Source of the DNA: Tubulanus polymorphus
Taxonomy: Eukaryota; Animalia; Nemertea
DNA length: 64,000 nucleotides
NCBI RefSeq assembly: GCF_964204645.1
Contig: NC_134032.1
Span: forward strand, 9,040,275-9,104,274
Reading direction: 5' to 3'
The position numbers and the translations under genes are program-made. Position 1 is the stretch's first letter. Every line of letters begins with the position of its first letter. Shown here piece after piece: positions 49,501 to 60,669 of this stretch. Under the pieces are notes generated by a model. The model was not told the DNA's origin and did no database searches. It worked only from the letters and a program-made list of their open reading frames with translations.

Positions 49501-52500
49501 GGTAGCATCAGCATATACATAATTCTAGAGAAATAATTATTGAAAAGCGAGACACTTTGAAACACCTCTAAATACAGAAACTACGGTAATTACAGCGATA
49601 CGGAGCTGATCAAAAATACGAGACCAACGCCAGTTTGACTGCGAGCTCTGCACAAAATAATTGGACGCAAATATCAATCCTAAATACTGTTCAAAAATAC
49701 GTCGCAATTTTCCTCATTCGCAAATTGATAATCATTTTCGAAGCTACTCTCATGAAATGCATTCGTTTTGATGCCGTGAATTTTGTTCAACATGCAGCGA
49801 ATGCAAGCGTTGTTTGTAGTTTTACTGATCGCTTGTAGAGATTGTATATTCATGTTGGCTGATCCCCGCGCAGACTCTATCATAGAGGAATCATCTGTGA
49901 CCATCAGTTCATCCTGTAACAACACTCACTACTCCGTCGATTCTACGTCTGGTTACATCGTTACACCGAATTACCCTTCATTAATGCGCGGTGTTGAATA
50001 TCGTTGGTTCGTCAACAGTTCTTTACCGGGAACTTTTAACATCATACTTTACTTCGACATCGAGCCGTCAATATTCTGTAGTGATAACTATCTTCTCATC
50101 GGTGGTGAGTCTGATAACAGATTCTGCGGCAATGGAGGAAAACAACTTGATATCAGCAGTAAAGATTTGATTTCATTGTTGTTTAGAAGCCGCGATGGAG
50201 CGCAAGGTAGTCGGGTTTATATCATATACCGTTTTGAAAAACAGAGTCGCTTTAAAATTACACATAAATGCCGCAAAGGTGAAGTAAAAGAAACACCATC
50301 TGAAACAGGTTATAGATTCATGTTTTTTTTTCTATGGGGATGTAAATTGTTTTTAGAATGGATCGGGATGCCAGATGGTTTCGCTATGAATTTAACGTTC
50401 ATACAGATAGATTTCCAATTATATCCCGGTGAGGATCCAGTGAAAACTAGTCCTCAAATTTACGACGGATGGAACAGCACCAGCGAACCTATAGCTCTTA
50501 TACGAGAACAAACTGGACATCCACCTTCATCGTTTTATACTAAAACTAACAAAGCACGTATTGAAACCATTTCAAATAGGCGCCGATCATTTCAGTCTGA
50601 ATTACTCGTGCAAGTTTACAAAATATCAGATTGGAACATTTCGAATCCGTTAAATCGAGTCGACAATAAATCAGGAATTCTCATTCCAACTGATGGAATG
50701 CCACACATAGTAACTCGCTCTAAACACTTACACTGCTGGTCTATCACAGTCGATGTTCTGCAGTACGTCGTTTTTAACTGGACGCGTGATCTCGTCTCGT
50801 CACCCCGTGTCGTCGGTGTATATAAACTGGAAGGGCTACACGTTGTAGAACCTGATATTTTACTCAGTCACAACTACCTCCAATCACTGAGTGTAAAATC
50901 ACACGGATTTCTCGTAATTCTATGCGTTTTAATGGGAACCGGTGTTTTTAGATCAAATACAAAAATCAAATTTGAAGTTGAATCTATGACAACATCGGAT
51001 ATCTACATTAACGAGAAATGGTTATCGGTAAGTTGATTAGAATTATCTTTAAATACATACTTCGTATTCAGACAAAAGATTGACGCGTTCTGGTGAGGGG
51101 TGTTCACGAAAATACCTCAGAGGATATGACATCGTCCATAAATCCTCCTGTGGCGAATCTCTCAAATATTTTGCCAGATCACCTAAGTGATAATATTTTC
51201 TGTGAAATATATTTTGAAGAGATACTCTCAGTGCATCTTCAGGAATACTCATACAGTATTCCCAAAAATAACTAAATAGAATAATAGCCATAACGTCGAA
51301 TTAACTACTGGCACAAGGAAACCTCACATTATTTTTGTCGTTCTTATTATGGGATTCTCTAATTATTATCGTATGATTATCATTATCGTATCATTATCAT
51401 TATCTCTATGATTAATTTTCTTATGTATTACAGCATTCGATGATAGTGAACTCGTTAAGAGGACACTCGTTAATAGGACATTCTCTTTTCCCCAAATCGA
51501 TGAGTAAATTATATCGTGTAACTACATTAAAATTCAACTGGAAAGTGAACATTTATGAAGAACAGTTTGGACTAACAGTGCAATCAGAAAACTGTGTTCG
51601 AGCCGGTTTTCATATATTTGATGGTAGTAATTTCACAGCTAGACGCTACGGTCCGTATTGTCCTGGTTCATACTATGGTCGCTCTGTCGTCAGTCTGATA
51701 ACATCAGGTGGACCGGTTACTGTAGTAGCATACGCTTACTACTATAACGATCAGTTAACAGGTGGCAAATTATATCTTAAATTTGCTCCTACTGATTGTG
51801 ACAGTTTTGTTCTTCAGGAAGGAGAACTTCAAATCAATACAACATCACACTGTGTCTTGATTATACCTGAAAACCGACGACTGCCTTTAAAGAACATTCA
51901 CATATTATCAAAACATGAATATAAAATTGACCAATGTTTTCTTAAGATGGAATTGCCGTGCGACGATTATTTCAGTTTGAGTAGTCAGATTCTCAACAAC
52001 AGTCTCGTATTAACCACTGTTCATTTCATCAATAATGAGTATTCCTTCTGGCAACAACCACTAATAGTCAAACTATATCGTCGATGCCTAAGATTGAAGA
52101 AAACTGACAGTTTTGGACTTATGGGTAGACGACGTCTGATTACGACTTATGATGAATGTGGACTTGTACAGTCACCAAAATACCCAGGAGCAGCAGGATA
52201 TTCACTAGAATCAGTGTTCTATGTGTTTGAAAACGCAATACATGAGAACATATTTCAATATTATAGATTTGTCATCAAAAATATTGGATCGGTTTCATGC
52301 CAAACAAGTACATACGGGAAACATCTGAAATATTATTATGCAATATCATATTTACAGGAGATCAATTACAACATCTTCCATAATGGAAAACATTTAAAAA
52401 CCATTACATTCCTACATGAAACTAAGATATGTGAAGATAACGCTGTACATGGGCTGATTTTTCATAGTATCAGAGAAAATTCTTTACTTTTCGAAGTAAA

Positions 52501-55500
52501 AAATCATATACCCACATTTCAAATACAATACACTTTACACAAGGCATTATTAGAGATAAAAGATTCCAATGGTTTTTACTGTAAAGAAGGATTTCTGTAT
52601 TCCGGAATTTCCTGCATCAAATACATCAGAGAAAAACGTCTGAATTGGGAGTATGCTGAATTGTACTGTAGACAGAAGTACGCGGGACATCTACTCAGTA
52701 TCAACTCAGAACAGGAAATGATCGCTATTAAAAGATTATTTGCAACACATCTTCTACCAAAAGCGTACTCACTAAAAGCTCTCATAGTGATGATTGGATT
52801 GAAATGGCAGGTAATACAAATTTTCTTATAACATACACAAAAAAAAAACAAACGAATTTAGAAATTACTGACATTCATTATTTTTTCATCTAGCAGAATG
52901 CTGGTCATTATACATGGACTGATGGGAAACCATTGAGCTACACAGAATGGTACAAGCCTGCTGTTAATGAAACGATACCAGAAGTTATTCAAGGATTGAT
53001 ATCTCCTCTACGAAAACAACCAATAAACGACATCGATATGCCGTGTACAGCCATGATACTGAATAATCCACGAGGATCGGCGAACTGGGTTCGATTCCCG
53101 TGTCAAATTGTGGAGACGCATACAACATTCATATGCGAGTCAAGATACAATGCAACAAGGAAACAGTTAAATAAAACCTTAACTTCAAGGATTCCCAATG
53201 ATGGTACGGTCACAAATTCAACCTGCCTCAGAGGTTGGGTAACTATAGCTGGACAATGTCATCAGATACTTACTGACTGGAATAACAATCGAGGTATCAA
53301 TATTTCAAGTGCTAGAGATATGTGTCACATGAAAACAACCTCAAACCTTGAAAGCAATATAGATAATTTGATGAACCAATTTCGATATCAACATCAATAT
53401 GGAGCTATTCTAACAATGAACGACGCCGGGTTCCAAGTTATCAAACCAATGTTGACCAGAGATCAAATCACTTATGTTCAATCTGTTGAATGGTTCATGA
53501 AACCCTTTGATAATCTAACAGATACAGTGCATTCCGTGGTGTGTACCAACAATGTAACTGGTGAAGAGTTAGCTTCCATAAGCGGTTGTAAATTCTGGCA
53601 GTTCGAATGTAATGATCAAAGATGTATCAGCAACCATCGTGTATGTGATACCAGACACGACTGTCAACACGGCGAAGATGAACTCAATTGTACGGATATA
53701 AATTTACACAGTCAGTTTCGATGCTCTGATGGCCAGGTTATATCAATCAGTGGTTTCTGCGATTTCATACAGGATTGTCCGGATGGCTCTGATGAGAACT
53801 CCTGTTTTCATCCCCCGTGTTTGCACGAACAATTTCGCTGTAAGAGTGGTCAATGTTTCGGTAGGTCTACCAGGTGTGATGGAATCACTAATTGTAAAGA
53901 CAGCTCCGATGAAATGGAATGCACTCCTGAACTGTGTCATGGGTTCTTGTGCGCAGATGGTGAATGTATCAGTTCTCAGCTGTATCAGGATGGTGTCGTG
54001 GATTGTAGTGGGAGTCTTGAAGAAGATGAATTAGTCACTAACAAGATGCTGAATCCAGAGGTTTATTGTAATAATAACAATCACTGTACAACTCGTTTCA
54101 CAAAACTCTGTAGGGAATCTGATGAACAAAGGTGTTCTTTCGATTCTCCTCATTGTTATTCCCGCCACCAAAGGTGTATTTTAGAAAGGATGCCGATTGG
54201 TTACCCAGTATGTAGAAGGCTTGAGCATGTGCAAGGTTGCGCTGATTTCCAATGTCCGGCTGGTACAGTCAAATGTCCAGCATCTTACTGTATACCAATC
54301 AGACACATTTGCGACAATGAATCAGACTGTGCTAATTCTGAAGATGAACATAACTGCATCACATGGACCTGTCCGGGAATGTTTAAATGTGGTCAGGAAA
54401 ATCGATGTATTCCGCAATCTGAAGTTTGCGATGGTGTCGTAAATTGTAAACATAACTCAGATGACGAGGCTTTCTGTAACGTTAAGTGTCCTGATCGCTG
54501 TCATTGTCGGGGCCATTTCATCAATTGTGAAAATGCATGTATATCAGATATTACTGGTTATTTTACTGAATCCAGTCGGGTTTTAATTATTCCGAAGAAT
54601 CGAGTAGTATTCAACGAGTCCACATTCTTTTCTTTCGTTTATCTTCGTTTTCTCGATATTTCTCGCAATAATTTGTCTTACATCGTTCCCTATTCATTTT
54701 CTAAACTACACAATCTATATACATTAGACCTTACTTGTAACCACATAACGGCCATATCTGCTTATACATTCGCAGGTTTGAATGGCTTACAGGAACTATT
54801 TCTTATTGCAAATCCGCTGCAACATTTAGAATACGGTAGTTTCCGAGGTCTGACATCACTTACTGTTCTCGATCTTCATGGAGTTTCAATATCCGTTCTT
54901 AGTGAAAATGTATTTCAAGGTTTACCGATATTACAAGCATTAAATATCAGCAATAACAAAATCCATTATATTTCAAATCATGCTTTTTCAGGATTGATTG
55001 CACTTACAATTCTGGATCACGTCAACAATTCAGAAGTAATATCCGTAGAAGGAAATGTTCTCAGCAATCTGACATCGTTGAAATACCTTGCTTCGGATGC
55101 TTACAAATTTTGCTGCATGGCTCCGAATGTTGACCGGTGCCTTCCTGAAGCGGATCAATTTTCAACATGCTCTGATCTGATGGGTAACAGTGTACTTAGA
55201 GCCATCACCTGGGTGATTGCATCTTTCAGTTTTCTCGCGAACAGTCTGGTTCTTTTATTTCGTGTTCAAGCGTTGCGAATGGAATCCTCCAGAACGCGTA
55301 ACACCTCTTCCGATATCCTCATCATGAATATTGCCGCTTGTGATTTTCTGATGTCAATCTATCTATTTCTGATAGCTGGTGCTGACCACGTGTTTAAAGG
55401 TGTTTATTTTCTGAATTCAGAAACTTGGACGGATAGTTCAATGTGTCGTCTCGCAGGGGTTATTGTGACTGTTTCGTGCGAAGGCTCTTTAACTTTTCTC

Positions 55501-58500
55501 TTAATTCTAACACGTCAGAGATATTCAAATATCGTCAACCCGTTTTCAAGGAATCCAATCACTACTCCAAAATACGTTATCGGTATTTGCTGTGTTTGTT
55601 GGCTCGTTATCAATACTGTTTCTATTCTACCGCTCTCATCGTCGTCTTACTTCGGAGACAATTTTTATGGTACAACCGGAGTTTGTCTACCTATGAATTT
55701 ACTGACGATCAATGTCAATGGCTGGCAATATTCATTCGCCATTTTTGCTTTGTTTAATACGGTAATATTGGCTACAATAATGACGACATACGCTCAGATG
55801 TATAGACTCGTATCGGGAAGCAGATCAGGGTCGGGTAGAGCCGATCCTACTGAACTGGTATTAGCTCGAAGGAGTTTAGTAATCAATCTTTGTAATTTGT
55901 TTTGCTGGTTACCGATAATAATCGTTCAGTTTTGCGCTGTATTTTCAGTCGAGATACCAAACCAGGTGGCCGCTTGGCTGGCCGTTTTATTTTTACCGAT
56001 CAACTCGTCTCTGAATCCGCTTCTTTATACGATTCTAACAATCGACACAAAATCACTTCGAGAACGAAATAAACGAAGACGAGGAAATAAACAATAGGTT
56101 CACACGAGTCTTTAACCCATTAGCACTCAAGCCACCCGTATTCACCCTGCCTATTACTACTCAAGCTGCCCGAATCCACCCTGTAACCTTTTTTTATGCT
56201 GCAGAAAAACCGTTACAGCGGGATCTGAACCCAATAGCTTATCATAAACTAGACACCCAAGTGCTCAAAATACCGAACCGAAATCAACATCTTCCTCTTT
56301 CAATTTCTCGAGTATTTGGAATGTGAAAATGATAGATCTGAGCGCTCACTTCAAATTCAAGTAGGTTTGGACGAATTTCGGGGGGCCAAAAAGAAATGAT
56401 TTTGGTTGCCTACCACATGAAATCTTACATCTTACTACAAAATAACACAATTGAGTTCGCAATGGTGTGATTTACACAAGGTTTAATAAACTGCAATTTG
56501 AAATGAATTCATTTCAAATGTTAACTTAAATCCATGGGGCTACAGGGACTACTTCTGTGGCAATTGAAATTTTATACAAAATTTGTCGGGTTCGATAGTG
56601 AGACTACCGATATACGGCAGAAAAGCGCCTCACGGAAACTACCGCCGATCGCTACTGCATAAAAATTACCGAATTTAAACCAGTTGATTCCAAAATGCTG
56701 AGAAAATGCATCTGCACACCTAGAAATTATATAAAGTTCCTGATGCAGCGCTCGTTTTCGGACCACCACCATGCTTTAATTTCAACCCAGCGAGAACACT
56801 GCTTGTTTTGGACTGCGGACAGGACCAAGTTTCACAGTTTGTCAACGGGGAGTTGAATATTCGTTCATTCAGCTGAAGAGCTAATTTGAAAGAAAAAGAA
56901 AACTTACCCAGAAAGACAATCTTTAAGGACGGTAAAATAGGGAAACTTCGAAATGAGAACAATACAACTCGGCACATAACAATAATATTGGTTATCGTCA
57001 AGTTTGATGTCGTCGTCCGGGGGTTCTAACGAAAATGGCATCTCCCGGGAATCAGTCTGGAACAAACAACAAAATATTCATCTAAGTATCGCCGGTATCA
57101 AATTTTCGTAATAAGGGATACAGTTGGTGGATTGCAGGCACAGGCATGTAGCCAGCCTCTTATCCTGGATATCCTATCACGGAACCATATGGGGATGCGT
57201 AGGTCCTCCTCCAGAATTCTACCACTTCCGGATGCATTATGAGCATTTGTAGCGATGCTAACTTTATAATCTTCAGCACATCAATCCGAAGAAATTGTTC
57301 TTGGAAAATGGATTTTGGAATTTTTGGGGTTTTTTTCAGTTTCAACACTTTCAACTCAATCCATAAAATCTACAAAACCCTCTTAGCGAACTTGGTCCAT
57401 GACTGGTGAACTTCGGCCAAATTCGGCTTGACTGAAACATTGGACGCGGCCCATACTAAATTCAACACTAGGAAAGTTATTCCATGTGAATGTTAACTGG
57501 TTCTCTGGAATTGCCTCATCTATTATTTCAATAGCATTTTAGTGAAGATGAGCCCCACTGGGTTTTTTTTGTTAGATTTTGGATATCTTCGGCCCAGAAG
57601 GGTTTTATTTCTCTACCTGAGTAGCGACGTATTTTCTATGCATAGTGACACAAGTTGCGTAGGTTCTCACTCCTGTTATATCGGTTAAAACCAGATGATG
57701 AACCCTCTCTCTGTGTGCGCTGTGATTCACAAACGCGCCATCTAGTGAAAAAACAATACAGGTTTCTTACAGATCTGGAAATCAAAAATTCCCTGATAAT
57801 TCCCTGATTTTCCCTGATCCTTGACCCGAAATTACATGATCATCGTCATCAGCAGTAAAAACAGCGAGGCACCGAAAATTCAAATTTATACATCAAAATA
57901 TATCAATCATTACGGAGTTTAACTCCCTATGAAATTTGGAGATAAAAACATCCGGATCAAGTTCTCGGTTAAGTAGAGTGTATTCAATGCAGTTTATTCT
58001 GACCCCAGCTCCATAAAAACAGCGCCAGTGAGATTCAAGGTAAAACTGGTCCATAATAGCCAGCCCCCTGGTAATTCAGATTTAAATGGTCTCCCCTAAC
58101 TCGACAATAAAACCAGCCCCAATGCAGCAGTCAATCTGCTGTTTGTATCCAACCCCTCAGAACACATTTTTCACAAATGGTGACTGTCTGTCTAAGCTTG
58201 ATGGTTCTGACATAACGCCCTCATTCATTTTCAAAGAAAAATTTCTGGGGTATCGCCCCAGGGGTTGGTGACATCTGATCGAGCATGTTTAAGGAAAAAG
58301 GTGAACATCGAACATCTGAGGGGGGTGTGCACAGACAGCAGGTCGATAGTTGCATAAAGGGTAAAAGTTACAACTGTTCTAACTAGACCCTGCTCATTTT
58401 TTATAAGATAAAAGGCAAAACGAAAGGCTATGATATCGGGGCCAATGAACTTCACTCACCTGGAAAACAGAACAGAGTGAGCGCCTTCACTTCGTCCGAC

Positions 58501-59511
58501 GACATGGCCATCTCTCGATTACGCAACGACAGTTTGCGCAACGACGACCTGCGATGAGCAGCCGACAGCAGGCGTTTATTCTCGAGACGATCTTTCATTT
58601 CCTGAAAACCATGACGACCGCCGCTGTCGCCGTGAATGGAGTCGAATTGTTGCGGCGACTCTAAACCGCGGAGGTTCGGGTTCAATTCGATCGGCGGGTA
58701 GCGCCGGTCGCGGTTGATCAGATTCTGCGGGAACGACGCCGTATTTTGGTTGATGACGGCGAGCACTTGCGGGTCGAATTCGCGACCGAATAAAGTCGCA
58801 GCCCGTTTTTCCGCAACGGGGCCATTCAACGGCTGAAAATAATTATGATTTCGATGATAATATCTTCTGCGGTAAGCGAGGATGTCAATTGTGGGCAGTA
58901 AGCAGTAGGATATCAAATAGGCCTACAGTCAGCCCCGATATACCGCCCACATCGGTGCAGAATGATTTTGGCGGTATAGAGAGTATGGCGGTATATCGGG
59001 GGTGTTTTACAATGTATTTGTATAGAGATGTAGGCCTACAGTGAGAAAACCTGGCGATAGGCGGGGTGGCGATAAATGGGAGGGCGGTATATCGGGGGTT
59101 GACTGTACTGTGAAAAACGGAGGATTCCACTTGCAGCAAATAAGGATCCAGCAGGCCGCAAGTTAGGATCCACCAGCTACGCTAGTGCGCAGTAGGATAT
59201 GAACTCCTGTGGCAATAGAGGATTCTATTCATGGCAAGTGAAGATCCGCTACATGTCGCCAGCACTTCCACGCTTCAATCTTTTCTCTATTTCAATCAAA
59301 TCAACTTTTCTGATCAATTATCAACGAATACTTAACCAAACTCCAAGATAAGTGAATCTTAGATTCATTTCCATAGGCCAAGGGGCGGATGTGGAAATAA
59401 GACGAAAAGACCAAATCTTACACTCAGTAATGGTCGAAGTCCGGAATGTCGATCCATGCCCAACACGACCAGCGAGTCGACCAGCGCATTGTGTAACTTT
59501 TTACCAGGCAT
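34560..59511 (-). CDS. DENND3: DENN domain-containing protein 3 (uDENN-cDENN-dDENN, PH-like region, C-terminal WD40; Rab GEF), about 1286 aa
   Basis: 24 GT-AG, phase-consistent exons (3861 nt): 59511-59422, 58832-58460, 57741-57617, 57056-56908, 49131-49023, 48481-48284, 48148-48008, 47385-47123, 46577-46481, 46260-46127, 45495-45363, 44859-44723, 44239-44070, 42312-42199, 42094-41914, 41829-41699, 39565-39403, 39176-38980, 38356-38226, 37634-37483, 37084-36945, 36451-36327, 35548-35426, 34844-34560. Motifs: LVDSLVVLG, FCFPDG, HLVLTDITG, SKFPYFTVLKDCLS, YPFMWRYTYVPVL, EMWSG..QQAAQNVQLLDA, KINP..VEALLYTPG, DDRYVISGS..EGKIAIW. Confidence 0.95.
37940..38140 (-). mobile_element. Possible SINE/LINE 3' end with (TATG)n tail
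   Basis: GC-richer body ending cagcacttcactgggcag, followed on the minus strand by (tatg)n. No intact Pol III head seen. Confidence 0.3.
42780..43980. mobile_element. Non-autonomous Helitron/Helentron-like element (HINE/pearl-type) with internal ~153-bp tandem repeats
   Basis: About 3.7 tandem ~153-bp units (about 42850-43440) followed by a unique arm ending in a short ACGG microsatellite (43965-43977). Related fragments lie at about 41250-41325 and 4080-4142. The ends are not precisely defined. Confidence 0.5.
45918..46074. mobile_element. Tc1/mariner (pogo/Tigger-like) MITE with damaged left end
   Basis: The right end gcggattctactg-TA is intact. The left end reads ttgaatccgc instead of the expected TA-cagtagaatccgc. 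Confidence 0.55.
49801..56097 (+). CDS. GRL101-like leucine-rich-repeat GPCR with CUB-like, C-type lectin and LDLa ectodomains, about 1935 aa, nested antisense in DENND3 intron 4
   Basis: Exons 49801 (or 49792)-51027, 51434-52810 and 52894-56097; both introns are phase-0 GT-AG. Signal peptide MQALFVVLLIAC; CUB (SGYIVTPNYP..FDIE..CSDNYL..RFCG); CTL split by intron 2 (NWEYAELYC..GHLLSINS..IGL|..WTDGKPLSYTEW..FICE); about 6-7 LDLa repeats (e.g. CDFIQDCPDGSDENSC); LRRNT CPDRCHC; LRRs; hinge YKFCC..FSTCSDLM; class-A 7TM ending LPINSSLNPLLYT. Confidence 0.93.
58924..59107. mobile_element. Tc1/mariner (pogo/Tigger-like) MITE
   Basis: TA-cagtcagccccgatataccgcc ... ggcggtatatcgggggttgactg-TA. Confidence 0.85.
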
Positions 59512-60141
59512 TCTAACTACCAGTTTGACCTCTTTTCATAAAATCACACATGGAATCTGAATAAAAGGTAAGTAATGATTAGAATATGAAATCATTTATG
59601 TCGGTCACAGAAGACCTTAGCGACTAAACCATACAGTCCAGCTACCAGGCCTACATAACTACGGGTAGTTTTCTGTGTAGACTCGAGGGTTCGAAAAAGC
59701 ATTACAGTTCCAGTTCAGCCACCATTCATTGTCATTACTGTGGCATACGGGAACGACAAAGCTCCCGATTGCCTGACGACACGTGGAAAAATGCTGCTTC
59801 GTTTTCATTCGTCAATTTTGAAAAAAGCGTGACAATGAAATGGCGCTAAAATAGTAGAGGCGTTTGTCTGAAAGAATTCGGTTTGTAGAAACCGGTTTAA
59901 ATATTACGTCCCAAACCGATTTGCCATAGCGAGAACAAATGGGACAGAACGGTTTGAGATTTTTAAGGAAGGATATTTGCTGATTCCGCCATATCGGAAA
60001 GGCAGGTGATAATTCGCCAAAGCGGCATTATTCCTGTTAACACTATTTTGCCAATGACGCGTTCTAATTGGCTAATTGATTCAAGGAAAGTGGTGGAGAT
60101 CAGAGTTAGAGAAAATAGCAGCATATCACCCGGACCAGCAG

Positions 60142-60669
60142 ATTGCTAGTCGAACATCTTTCCATTAGACCACCAGGCTCACTGAAAACCAGTCTTAAGT
60201 TTTCACCACATATAGCCTCATCTTTCCCTTACCCTATCCCTAGGGGTAAAATGGACCCTCAACCTCATCCTTACCCTAACCCTAACGCTCTGGACCCTCT
60301 TGACCCATAACCCTATCGAAACCCTTACCCTAAATCCAATATAATGATTTAATTTGTATAATTTCATTAAATTTCTACTTCGTGAAATATAACGGCAAAG
60401 TGTTTACTTTGCTATTTTAACGTACGTTATTACTATATATTATAGTATTTAACAATAAAAGTAACAATAAAAAATTGTTTCATTGTGTTTAGGTTTAGAG
60501 TTCCGATGGGTTTAGGGTCTAAAGGACCCAGAGGTCTAGGATTAGGGTTAGGGTCTGTTTTACCCCTAGGTATAGGATTAGGGTGAGGTAAGGTGCTATA
60601 TCTAGTTGACACATTCCGTTGGTTTTCAGCAAGCGTGGTGGTCTATTAGGGACATTCTACGCTAGTAAT
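60142..60669. mobile_element. ~530-bp foldback element with telomere-like CCCTAA/TTAGGG tracts in its arms
   Basis: The left arm (tagaccacca..ctgaaaacca..cctaggggtaaaa) is reverse-complementary to the right arm (ttttacccctagg..tggttttcag..tggtggtcta). The spacer is AT-rich. Confidence 0.7.

Noticed and set aside
52576-55757. Alternative-frame and antisense ORFs overlapping the GPCR
   Set aside because: Shadows of the real coding frame with no motifs.
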